A stretch of 64,000 nucleotides of DNA, from contig JBBIUS010000002.1 of NCBI GenBank assembly GCA_037440105.1, positions 2,685-66,684 on the forward strand, read 5' to 3'. Source of the stretch: Candidatus Falkowbacteria bacterium. Lineage in GTDB: Bacteria > Patescibacteriota > Patescibacteriia > XYB2-FULL-38-15. Of this stretch, positions 52,437-59,992 are shown piece by piece. The notes below the pieces were generated by a model. It did not search any database. It was given only the letters and a program-made list of their open reading frames with translations, and was not told the DNA's origin. Numbering within the stretch: position 1 is the first letter of the stretch; every line of letters begins with the position of its first letter. The translations under genes and the position numbers were made by a program.

Positions 52437-53837
52437 ATGGAAAGGTTAAAATTTAAAAAAATTATAAACTTGGTACTGTTGAGCGTTTTATTGTTGCCGA
52501 ATTTTGCTTTTGCTGAATTTAATCCTAATTATATTATTTCTGATCAAGAATTAGTCGATTACAATTCGATGTCTCTTTATCAAATACAGCGTTTTTTAGA
52601 AAATAAAGGCGGAGGCATAGCTTGGTATGTAGCAAGCGATACTGATGGGATAACTCGACAAGCGGCAGAAATTATTTGGCGAGCAGCCCAAATTTATAAA
52701 ATTAATCCCAAAGTACTGCTTGTAACTTTGCAAAAAGAACAAAGTTTAATAACTACTCGTTACCCAACAGAATTTCAGTACGATTGGGCCACTGGGTACG
52801 GGGTTTGTGACGGCTGCAGTATTTCTGATCCATCTATTCAAAAATACAAAGGCTTTGCCAAACAAGTTGAAAGCACGGCAGCCTGGAAAAGGTGGTATCT
52901 AGATAATATCGGAGAACTATCTTGGCTCAAGCAGCCAGGTTATACTTATTTAATAGATAATTACGAAATTACGCCGGCAAATTTAGCGACTGCTAGTTTT
53001 TACACTTACACGCCGCACTATCATGGAAATTATAACTTTTGGAATATTTGGCAAAATTGGTTTGGAAAATTTTATCCCGATGGTTCTGTCTTAAAAGAAA
53101 AAGATGGGGACGGTATCTGGTTAATTCAACGGGGGCAAAAAAGAAAATTTTTAACTTACTCAGCTTTTATTTCTAGATATTCTCCAGAAAAATTAATTTT
53201 GGTTTCGCGAAGCGATTTAGACAATTATGAAATAGGGCCGCCAATAAAATTTCCTGATTATTCTTTGCTCCGTTCGCCGCGCGGCACAGTATATCTTTTA
53301 GTCGGTGATTTAAGGAGAGGCTTTGCTTCGTCTGAGGTTTTTAAAACCATTGGTATTAATCCGGAAGAAATCGTTGATGTAACATGGGAAGAATTGGATA
53401 ATTATGTCGAGGGCGAACCAATCACTTTGGAAAGTGTTTATCCTCTAGGTGCATTGTTACAAAATAAAATAACAGGCGGAGTTTATTTTGTTGAGAATGG
53501 AATTAAAAAACCGCTTTGGGGCAAAGAACTTTTGACATTGTATTTTAAAGGTAAATCTATTATTTCTGTTTCTCCTTCAGAACTTGAAAAATATCCCAAC
53601 GGTGAACCAGTCAGATTTGAAGACGGCGAGTTAGTAATGTCGCAGAGTTCGTCAACTGTTTATGTAATTTCAAATGGCGAGCGCCGGCCAATTCCAACAG
53701 AAGAAATCTTTAATGAATTGGGTTATAAATGGGAAAATATAATCAAAACCACAGATAAAATTTTATCATTACATCCGCTCGGTTCGCCGATTTATCTAAA
53801 TGGAGAAACTGAAATTACTAATGAAAACTCTGAATAA
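52437..53837 (+). CDS. Secreted protein with N-terminal enzyme-like domain and four ~45-aa C-terminal repeats
   Basis: 466 aa with a signal peptide (LVLLSVLLLPNFAFA). The repeats start at DGIWLIQRGQKRKF, GTVYLLVGDLRRGF, GGVYFVENGIKKPL and STVYVISNGERRPI, and each ends ...Y..G.PI. Confidence 0.7.
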   Translation: MERLKFKKIINLVLLSVLLLPNFAFAEFNPNYIISDQELVDYNSMSLYQIQRFLENKGGGIAWYVASDTDGITRQAAEIIWRAAQIYKINPKVLLVTLQKEQSLITTRYPTEFQYDWATGYGVCDGCSISDPSIQKYKGFAKQVESTAAWKRWYLDNIGELSWLKQPGYTYLIDNYEITPANLATASFYTYTPHYHGNYNFWNIWQNWFGKFYPDGSVLKEKDGDGIWLIQRGQKRKFLTYSAFISRYSPEKLILVSRSDLDNYEIGPPIKFPDYSLLRSPRGTVYLLVGDLRRGFASSEVFKTIGINPEEIVDVTWEELDNYVEGEPITLESVYPLGALLQNKITGGVYFVENGIKKPLWGKELLTLYFKGKSIISVSPSELEKYPNGEPVRFEDGELVMSQSSSTVYVISNGERRPIPTEEIFNELGYKWENIIKTTDKILSLHPLGSPIYLNGETEITNENSE

Positions 53838-53930
53838 TTACTTATATTGGATTACGGCTTATGAATCACAAATAACATATTTCTAGCACCATTTCCTGAT
53901 TCATAATTCCTAATTCTTGATTCTAAAACT

Positions 53931-54722
53931 ATGCTTACTTTTGCCGCTATTACTCCGCATCCCCCGGTTCTCATCCCAACAATTGGTAAAGAAAATATAA
54001 AGCAAATCAAAGAAACTGTAGAGACAATGGAAGAGTTGGAGAAAAAAATTTACGAAGCGCGCCCTGAAACGGTTATTATTATTTCACCGCACGGCTCAAT
54101 TTTACCTGATGCATTCTCAATTAATTTGAATCCAACATATTATGGTAGTTTGGAAGAATTTGGCGATTTCACAACAAAATTTGAATTTAAAACGGATACC
54201 GCCTTGGCTTATCGCATCAAAGAATTGATGGAAGATAAAAATATTCCTCTTATTTTAACAAGTGAACCGCATCTTGATCATGGAGTAACGGTGCCTCTTT
54301 ATTTCTTGACAAAACGGTTGAATAATATCAAACTTTTGCCTGTTGGTTACTCTCTTTTGGATTTTAAAACACATTTTAATTTTGGAGACTACTTAAAAGA
54401 AATTATCCTAAATGAAGAGAAAAAGATCGCAGTTGTTGCTTCCGGCGATTTGTCTCACAGATTGACAGAAGAAGCTCCGGCTGGTTTTTCGGTACGAGGC
54501 AAAGAATTCGATCAAAAATTGGTCGAATTAATAAACAATAAAAATACCGCTGGTATTTTAAATTTAGACCCTGCTTTAATTGAGGAAGCCGGTGAATGTG
54601 GTTTTAGGTCAATTATTATCCTTTTAGGACTTTTAGAAAGAATAAATTATACTCCTGAAATTTTATCTTACGAAGGTCCGTTCGGAATCGGCTATTTAGT
54701 AACGAATTTTAAATTGGGATAA
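53931..54722 (+). CDS. LigB/Memo-superfamily (class III extradiol dioxygenase subunit B-like) protein
   Basis: 263 aa. AAITPHPPVLIP, IIISPHGS, LDHGVTVPLYFL and VASGDLSHRL. It lies directly upstream of the AMMECR1 gene. Confidence 0.65.
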   Translation: MLTFAAITPHPPVLIPTIGKENIKQIKETVETMEELEKKIYEARPETVIIISPHGSILPDAFSINLNPTYYGSLEEFGDFTTKFEFKTDTALAYRIKELMEDKNIPLILTSEPHLDHGVTVPLYFLTKRLNNIKLLPVGYSLLDFKTHFNFGDYLKEIILNEEKKIAVVASGDLSHRLTEEAPAGFSVRGKEFDQKLVELINNKNTAGILNLDPALIEEAGECGFRSIIILLGLLERINYTPEILSYEGPFGIGYLVTNFKLG

Positions 54723-54774
54723 AGCCCAAGTGTTTATTAATGCGCCCCTTAATTAATAAAAATTTATCTTTAAA

Positions 54775-55290
54775 ATGAATTCTTATACCAAGCTTGCGAA
54801 AGATACGGTTGAATCATATATAAAAACTGGCAAAATTCCTCCCCTACCCCTTAACCTGCCTCTTAAAATGTTAAGAAAAAAGGCAGGCGTTTTTGTGAGT
54901 ATTTATAGAGGTAAAGAACTGCGCGGTTGCGTTGGTACTTATTTGCCGACTGAACCGAATATTGCTGAAGAAATTATTTCTAATGCTATCGCAGCTGCAA
55001 CTCGCGACTATCGATTTTCTCGAATTACTCCAGATGAATTAGTTGAACTTTCTTATTCTGTTTATATTTTAGAGGAGCCGCGACAAATTAAAAATTTGAA
55101 AGAACTAGATCCCCAGAAGTATGGCATTTTAATTAAATCTGAGACAGGGAAAACTGGTTTGCTTTTGCCTGATTTAGAAGGGATTGATACAGTAGAAAAA
55201 CAACTTTCAGCTGTTTGCCATAAATGCGGAATAAATTTAAGTGAAGAAAAAGTAATTATTTGTAAATTCGGTGTTCAGAAATACGATTAA
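54775..55290 (+). CDS. AMMECR1-domain protein (AmmeMemoRadiSam system protein A type)
   Basis: 171 aa. GVFVSIYRGKELRGCVGTYLP with the conserved LRGC(I/V)G motif. Confidence 0.85.
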   Translation: MNSYTKLAKDTVESYIKTGKIPPLPLNLPLKMLRKKAGVFVSIYRGKELRGCVGTYLPTEPNIAEEIISNAIAAATRDYRFSRITPDELVELSYSVYILEEPRQIKNLKELDPQKYGILIKSETGKTGLLLPDLEGIDTVEKQLSAVCHKCGINLSEEKVIICKFGVQKYD

Positions 55291-55303
55291 AAATTTAAAT
55301 GAT

Positions 55304-57247
55304 ATGATTGTTGAGGTTATTCCATTTGTACATTTGCCAAAATCTTTATCGTATTTTGATTACGAGGTTCCTCGAGATCTTGAAGAACAAATTAAAATTG
55401 GACAGTTAGTCAAAATTCCTTTTAAAGGAAGGCAAATAAGCGGATTAGTCATTAAAATAAAATCTAAACCCGAAATTAAAAAAAATTTAAAGCAGATTAT
55501 AAAAATTTTAGATTTAGAACCCCAAATTAACCTTGGCCGCCTTAAACTATTGCATTGGTTAAGCAATTATTATCTTGTCTCTCCTTCTCTAATCGCTAAA
55601 ATTTTTTTTCCTGAGCCACCAAAGCGTATTGGGAAATTTAAGACTAAACAAATATTTATCCCTGCGCCGCTTGGTATCCCAAGATCAAATGTTTCTGCAA
55701 TTCAGAAGGACTTGAAAAATTTTTCAAAAAGTCAAAAAAAACGTTTTTTATTTTATTATCAAAGTCAAAAATATAAAGTTGCGTTCTATTTAAAAGTCGC
55801 TGAATATCTTTTAAAACAAAATAAACAAGTTTTAATTTTAGAGTCGCAAATTTCTAATATTGACTTAATTTTGCCTTATTTCTTTTATCTATTTTCTAAA
55901 AAAATCGCAGTTTTACACAGCGGACTTAGCAAAACAGATTACTGGGAAGAATGGAAAAAAATTCAGACAGGAAAAGCGAAAATTGTGATAGGCACGCGAG
56001 GTGCGATTTTCGCGCCTCTTGATAATTTAGGTTTGATTATTATTGACGATGAGGAGATGCCTGATTTTAAACAGTCAGATCAATATCCGTATTATGATGC
56101 GCGAATTGCGGCATTAAAATTAGCTAAAATTGTTAATGCAAAAATAATTTTAGGAAGTCAGGCGCCGCGTACTGAGACTTACTATGGTGCTAAAAACAAA
56201 AGATTTGAACTGTTGTCAAGTTCGTTTGGAATCATTGACCGACCCAAGACTTTGCTTATTGACATGAGGCAAGAAACAAAAAGGGGTAACTTTCTGTCTT
56301 TAAGTGACGAACTCCAAAGGCACATTAAACGAGCATTGGATAAAAAACAAAAAGTTGTGCTTTTACTTAATCGTCGCGGCGCTTCAACGTTAGCACTTTG
56401 TCGAGATTGCGGCTATGTTTTTAGATGTAATAGTTGCGAATCATCTCTTATCTGCCATGAGGACGAAAAAGGTAAATGTGATAGATTGGTTTGCCACCAC
56501 TGCGGATATGAAGAAGAAGTCCCGGCTATTTGTCCAAAATGTCATGGCCCTTCAATAAAATTTTTTGGTATAGGCACACAAAAAGTGGAACGAGAGGTGA
56601 AAAATTTTTTTCCCAACGCAAGGGTGGCAAGAATTGATAAAGACGTTCAAGTTAAGGATTTAAAATTTAAAATCGCAGATTTGGATATTTTTGTAGGTAC
56701 GCAGTTCTTTATAAAGAGTTATTTACCTCAAGTGGAAAACATTGGTTTAATCGGCGTTATTTCTGCTGATACATTGCTTTTTAGACCAGATTTTCGTTCT
56801 GGAGAAAGAGCATTTGGATGGCTGACTAAAATTATAAATTTTGGCGGTCAATTTAAATGTCCAGTTTTAATTCAGACTTTTTTAATAGATAATTTTTTTA
56901 TACGATCAGCCGTAAATCAAAATTATGAGGCCTTTTATAATCATGAAATTGAAGAGAGGAGAGGATTTCATTACCCACCTTTTGGCGAAATAATAAAATT
57001 AATTTATCAACATAAAAATGAAAAAAAATGTATTTTTGAAACTAATAATCTTTTTAAGAATTTAATCGATTTATTCAGTAAAGAAGCGGAAATTTTTAAA
57101 AACGAAAAACCAAAAATAGGTAAACAAAAATTCATTTCAACAATTACTATAAAATCTTCAGCTTCAATTATTCAAAAAATTATAAATTATCTCAAAAAAA
57201 TGCCAGAAAGTTGGGCTATTGACGTTAATCCTGAAGATGTGTTATAG
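55304..57247 (+). CDS. priA: Primosomal protein N' (PriA) homolog with degenerate helicase motifs I and II
   Basis: N-terminal 3'-DNA-binding domain, HSGLSKTDYWEEWKKIQTGKAKIVIGTRGAIF and Cys-rich region CRDCGYVFRCNSCESSLICH...CHHCGY...CPKC. YYQSQKYKV replaces GxTGSGKT (55754-55780) and DDEEM replaces DEEH (56045-56059). The ATG at 55304 is preferred over the track's GTG at 55271. Confidence 0.8.
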   Translation: MIVEVIPFVHLPKSLSYFDYEVPRDLEEQIKIGQLVKIPFKGRQISGLVIKIKSKPEIKKNLKQIIKILDLEPQINLGRLKLLHWLSNYYLVSPSLIAKIFFPEPPKRIGKFKTKQIFIPAPLGIPRSNVSAIQKDLKNFSKSQKKRFLFYYQSQKYKVAFYLKVAEYLLKQNKQVLILESQISNIDLILPYFFYLFSKKIAVLHSGLSKTDYWEEWKKIQTGKAKIVIGTRGAIFAPLDNLGLIIIDDEEMPDFKQSDQYPYYDARIAALKLAKIVNAKIILGSQAPRTETYYGAKNKRFELLSSSFGIIDRPKTLLIDMRQETKRGNFLSLSDELQRHIKRALDKKQKVVLLLNRRGASTLALCRDCGYVFRCNSCESSLICHEDEKGKCDRLVCHHCGYEEEVPAICPKCHGPSIKFFGIGTQKVEREVKNFFPNARVARIDKDVQVKDLKFKIADLDIFVGTQFFIKSYLPQVENIGLIGVISADTLLFRPDFRSGERAFGWLTKIINFGGQFKCPVLIQTFLIDNFFIRSAVNQNYEAFYNHEIEERRGFHYPPFGEIIKLIYQHKNEKKCIFETNNLFKNLIDLFSKEAEIFKNEKPKIGKQKFISTITIKSSASIIQKIINYLKKMPESWAIDVNPEDVL

Positions 57248-57288
57248 TTAAATTTCAAATTTAAATTTTTAAAAAATGTCTATTTATT

Positions 57289-57765
57289 ATGATTTTGCCA
57301 ATAGTAATTCATCCAAATTCAATTCTTCGCCAAAAAGCAAAAGAAGTAGAATTTAAAGAAATAAAAAGTTATGAGGTTAAAAAGTTGATTTTGAATATGA
57401 AGGAAACGGTTGAATTCTCAAATGGCATTGGTTTAGCCGCTCCTCAGGTTGGTCATTCATTGCGGATTGTCGTAATTTTTTTAGAAGATAAAAAAATTGC
57501 TTTAATTAACCCTCGAATTATCTCTTTTTCGTGGAGAAAAAAGAAAGACGAAGAAGGGTGTCTTTCTATTCCTGGAAAATTTGGCTTAGTTAAAAGATCA
57601 AAAATAATAAAAGTAAAAGCTTTAGATGAAAATGGTAAAGAAATAAAATTTAAAGCGAAAGACATTTTCGCTCGCGTCATCCAACATGAAGTTGATCATT
57701 TGGACGGAGTGCTTTTTATTGATAAAGCAGAAAAAATTCTTGAAGACAATGCACAAAAAATTTAG
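57289..57765 (+). CDS. def: Peptide deformylase
   Basis: 158 aa with GIGLAAPQ, EGCLS and QHEVDH motifs. Confidence 0.95.
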   Translation: MILPIVIHPNSILRQKAKEVEFKEIKSYEVKKLILNMKETVEFSNGIGLAAPQVGHSLRIVVIFLEDKKIALINPRIISFSWRKKKDEEGCLSIPGKFGLVKRSKIIKVKALDENGKEIKFKAKDIFARVIQHEVDHLDGVLFIDKAEKILEDNAQKI

Positions 57766-57767
57766 TT

Positions 57768-58796
57768 ATGGATTCTAAAATAAAAGCAGATAAACTGTGT
57801 TCTATTTTTAAAGAACATCGCACCAGGCAACAAAGCGAGGTGCGTGTTCTTTTTATTGGCAGTGGTGAATTCGCCGCGACAATATTAAAGAAAATAATGT
57901 ACTCAAATCTCAGACCAATAGCGATTATCACTCAGCCATCTAAATTAGCAGGCAGGCATCAAGTCATTTCTCCAACCTCAGTTAAGAAAATTGCAGAAAA
58001 ATACAATATCAATGTTTATGAACCTAAAGATCTAAAAGATGAAAAAACTGAAAAATTAATCAATTTACTTAAACCGGATTTAATTATTGTGACTGACTAT
58101 GGAAAAATTATTCCTAAAAATATTTTAGATGTCCCAAGGTTTAATTCTGTAAATATTCATCCATCGCTTTTGCCAAAATACCGCGGGCCTTCCCCTATTC
58201 AATATACAATTTTAAACGGCGAAAAAGAAACCGGGGTAACAATTATTTTAATGGACGAAAAAGTGGATCACGGCCCGATTTTGGCAAATTACAAATTACA
58301 AATTACAAATTACAAAATTACTTATACTGAGCTGTTAAAAAATTTAGCGGAATTAGGTGGCGATTTATTAATAAAAATAATACCGCAATGGTTAGCTGGT
58401 GAAATCAAGCCGACACCGCAAGATGATTCGCGGGCAATTTACACTAAAATTTTGACACGTAAAGATGGAAAAATAAATTGGCACAAATCAGCGGAAGAGA
58501 TCGAGCGGCAAATTCGCGCTTTTGAAAAGTGGCCTGGCAGTTGGAGCGAATGGTCAGTAGACAACAAAAAGTTTCGATTGAAAATTTTAAAAGCGAGAAT
58601 TTTACATCAGACAGTAGGTTGCGCGGAAAATCAAACGCCCGGATTTGTTTTTTTAACTGAACAAAAAGAAATGGCAATAAATTGTAATCCTGGAAGTTTA
58701 ATTATGGAAGAATTACAATTGGAGGGCAGGAAAAAAATGACTAGTGGAGAATTTTTAAGAGGTTACCCAAAAATCATTGGTTCGGTTTTAATGTAA
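57768..58796 (+). CDS. fmt: Methionyl-tRNA formyltransferase
   Basis: 342 aa. VLFIGSGEFA, NIHPSLLPKYRGPSPIQ and a C-terminal beta-barrel. There is a ~25-aa N-terminal extension. In-frame (CAAATTA)x4 at 58285-58312. Confidence 0.9.
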   Translation: MDSKIKADKLCSIFKEHRTRQQSEVRVLFIGSGEFAATILKKIMYSNLRPIAIITQPSKLAGRHQVISPTSVKKIAEKYNINVYEPKDLKDEKTEKLINLLKPDLIIVTDYGKIIPKNILDVPRFNSVNIHPSLLPKYRGPSPIQYTILNGEKETGVTIILMDEKVDHGPILANYKLQITNYKITYTELLKNLAELGGDLLIKIIPQWLAGEIKPTPQDDSRAIYTKILTRKDGKINWHKSAEEIERQIRAFEKWPGSWSEWSVDNKKFRLKILKARILHQTVGCAENQTPGFVFLTEQKEMAINCNPGSLIMEELQLEGRKKMTSGEFLRGYPKIIGSVLM

Positions 58797-58830
58797 TTAG
58801 AAAAGAATATTAGTCTGTATTAAAAAATTA

Positions 58831-58868
58831 TTATAACATTTTTGGACGGCCGCATCAAAATGTTATAA
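58831..58868. repeat. AT-rich 12-bp inverted repeat around a CGGCCGC-containing centre
   Basis: TTATAACATTTT (58831-42) and AAAATGTTATAA (58857-68) flank tggaCGGCCGCatc. Confidence 0.7.
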
Positions 58869-58886
58869 ACATTTTTTCTAAATAAT

Positions 58887-58916
58887 AAAAAATCCGCCAA
58901 ATTTAGCGGATTTTTT
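58887..58916. terminator. Bidirectional terminator (fmt / small zinc-ribbon gene)
   Basis: AAAAAATCCGC-caaattta-GCGGATTTTTT. Confidence 0.75.
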
Positions 58917-58934
58917 ATTATTTATCAGTTGATT

Positions 58935-59120
58935 TTATCTTTGAAAGCTAGCTCTTCGCTTTTTATTGCATTCAAAGCAATAAACTGGTCGATCAGGAGA
59001 TGGTTTGAAAGGCAACTCCGTGATCGGCGTGCCACAGTCAGCGCATTTCAAATTCATGTCAGAGACATTGAACATTTGGCGCTGCGGTCTTGGGCCAAAA
59101 CCTTGATTGTTGAAGGCCAT
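58935..59120 (-). CDS. Small CxxC-x18-CxxC zinc-ribbon protein (61 aa)
   Basis: KCADCGTPITELPFKPSPDRPVYCFECNKK parallels the C-terminus of the TraD-like protein (KCSLCGKDTRVSFKPDGKRPVYCKECLRK). It has its own promoter (59244-59271) and terminator. No obvious SD. Confidence 0.6.
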   Translation of the reverse strand: MAFNNQGFGPRPQRQMFNVSDMNLKCADCGTPITELPFKPSPDRPVYCFECNKKRRASFQR

Positions 59121-59243
59121 AAGTTTTTGAAGTTTCGGTCATTTTAACTTATGACCTTTTTTGATGCTATCTCTAAGATCTATCGTTAAAATTGTCCTAC
59201 TCTTCTTTTCCCCTGCTGTAGGGAGATTACTAATTATGTTTAT

Positions 59244-59271
59244 ATTATACATTATTCGTAAAATTTGTCAA
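59244..59271 (-). promoter_or_regulatory. Promoter TTGACA-16-TATAAT on the minus strand
   Basis: The reverse complement of 59266-71 is TTGACA and of 59244-49 is TATAAT. Confidence 0.5.
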
Positions 59272-59399
59272 ATAAATTACTCGCCTTACAGCGAAACATT
59301 AAACCTTGCATTTATCCCATCGCAAGCAAAAAATATTCTGGCAAGGTGATAGATAAATAAAAGCGGCGAATGATTTGATTCAAACACCGCGGTTAGCTT

Positions 59400-59633
59400 T
59401 CAATTGTTAGTTTTTCGTGTTCTCAAAAGACTACAGGTTCCGCGCCAGATGATTTTGAAGACCTGTTTTATAAATTCCCAAAGCACCTGAAAAATTTTCT
59501 TCGTAACCCATGAAATCAACTCGTTGAACTTTCTTGCTAGCCATCGAATCAGCGGTCGAGATAGCGGAACGAATTCGTAAACAACGAAAAGTGCCAAAAG
59601 AAGGCTAATAATGCCAATCAAGAATCTTTCCAT
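59400..59633 (-). CDS. Small single-TM membrane protein (77 aa)
   Basis: AGGAGG lies 6 nt upstream of the ATG. N-terminal TM LIGIISLLLALFVVY. Confidence 0.55.
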   Translation of the reverse strand: MERFLIGIISLLLALFVVYEFVPLSRPLIRWLARKFNELISWVTKKIFQVLWEFIKQVFKIIWRGTCSLLRTRKTNN

Positions 59634-59658
59634 TTTAATCCTCCTATTTTGATTTTAA

Positions 59659-59686
59659 ATCATACTAAATTTTTAATTTTTGTCAA
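59659..59686 (-). promoter_or_regulatory. Promoter TTGACA-16-TATGAT on the minus strand
   Basis: The reverse complement of 59681-86 is TTGACA and of 59659-64 is TATGAT. It lies directly upstream of the 77-aa ORF. Confidence 0.5.
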
Positions 59687-59709
59687 GGACCACATTTAGA
59701 AAATAAAAA

Positions 59710-59935
59710 GGAGCGGCAAGGACTTGTGTCAATACCGCTCAGAGAGCAACCGCGCGAGGTGCCGAATCGGCACCCGTTGCGGATTATTTTCTGCCCTCGC
59801 TGTTTTTTCTTCCAGCGAGGTCAGCCGAGTGTGCCGGTTTACTGTCGAGCCTAGACTCGGGGCAGGCCCGCGAAAGGAGTCTCGCTCAGAGTGACAGGCA
59901 ACTTGAGCGAGAGCCGAGCCGGCTACGGCTTTCTA
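59710..59935. ncRNA. Candidate structured RNA (~225 nt, unknown class, strand unresolved)
   Basis: GC-rich island. Stems are 59711-16/59735-40, 59746-50/59776-80 enclosing 59758-59774 (7 bp), the three-way junction 59791-94/59862-65 with 59795-802/59813-20 and 59825-30/59855-60, and 59880-88/59904-12 (9 bp). All stems are perfect Watson-Crick. Confidence 0.4.
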
Positions 59936-59992
59936 TGATTAATTTTATGATCGCTAAAAAAAATATATCGAATTAAACTATTTTCGTCAAGA

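Noticed and set aside
59813-59866. SRP (4.5S) RNA-like blocks GGUCAG / GUGUGCCGG / GGCAGG in E. coli order
   Set aside because: The universally conserved helix-8 core, a GGAA tetraloop with AGCAGC/GGCA loops, is absent, so an SRP RNA call is not justified.
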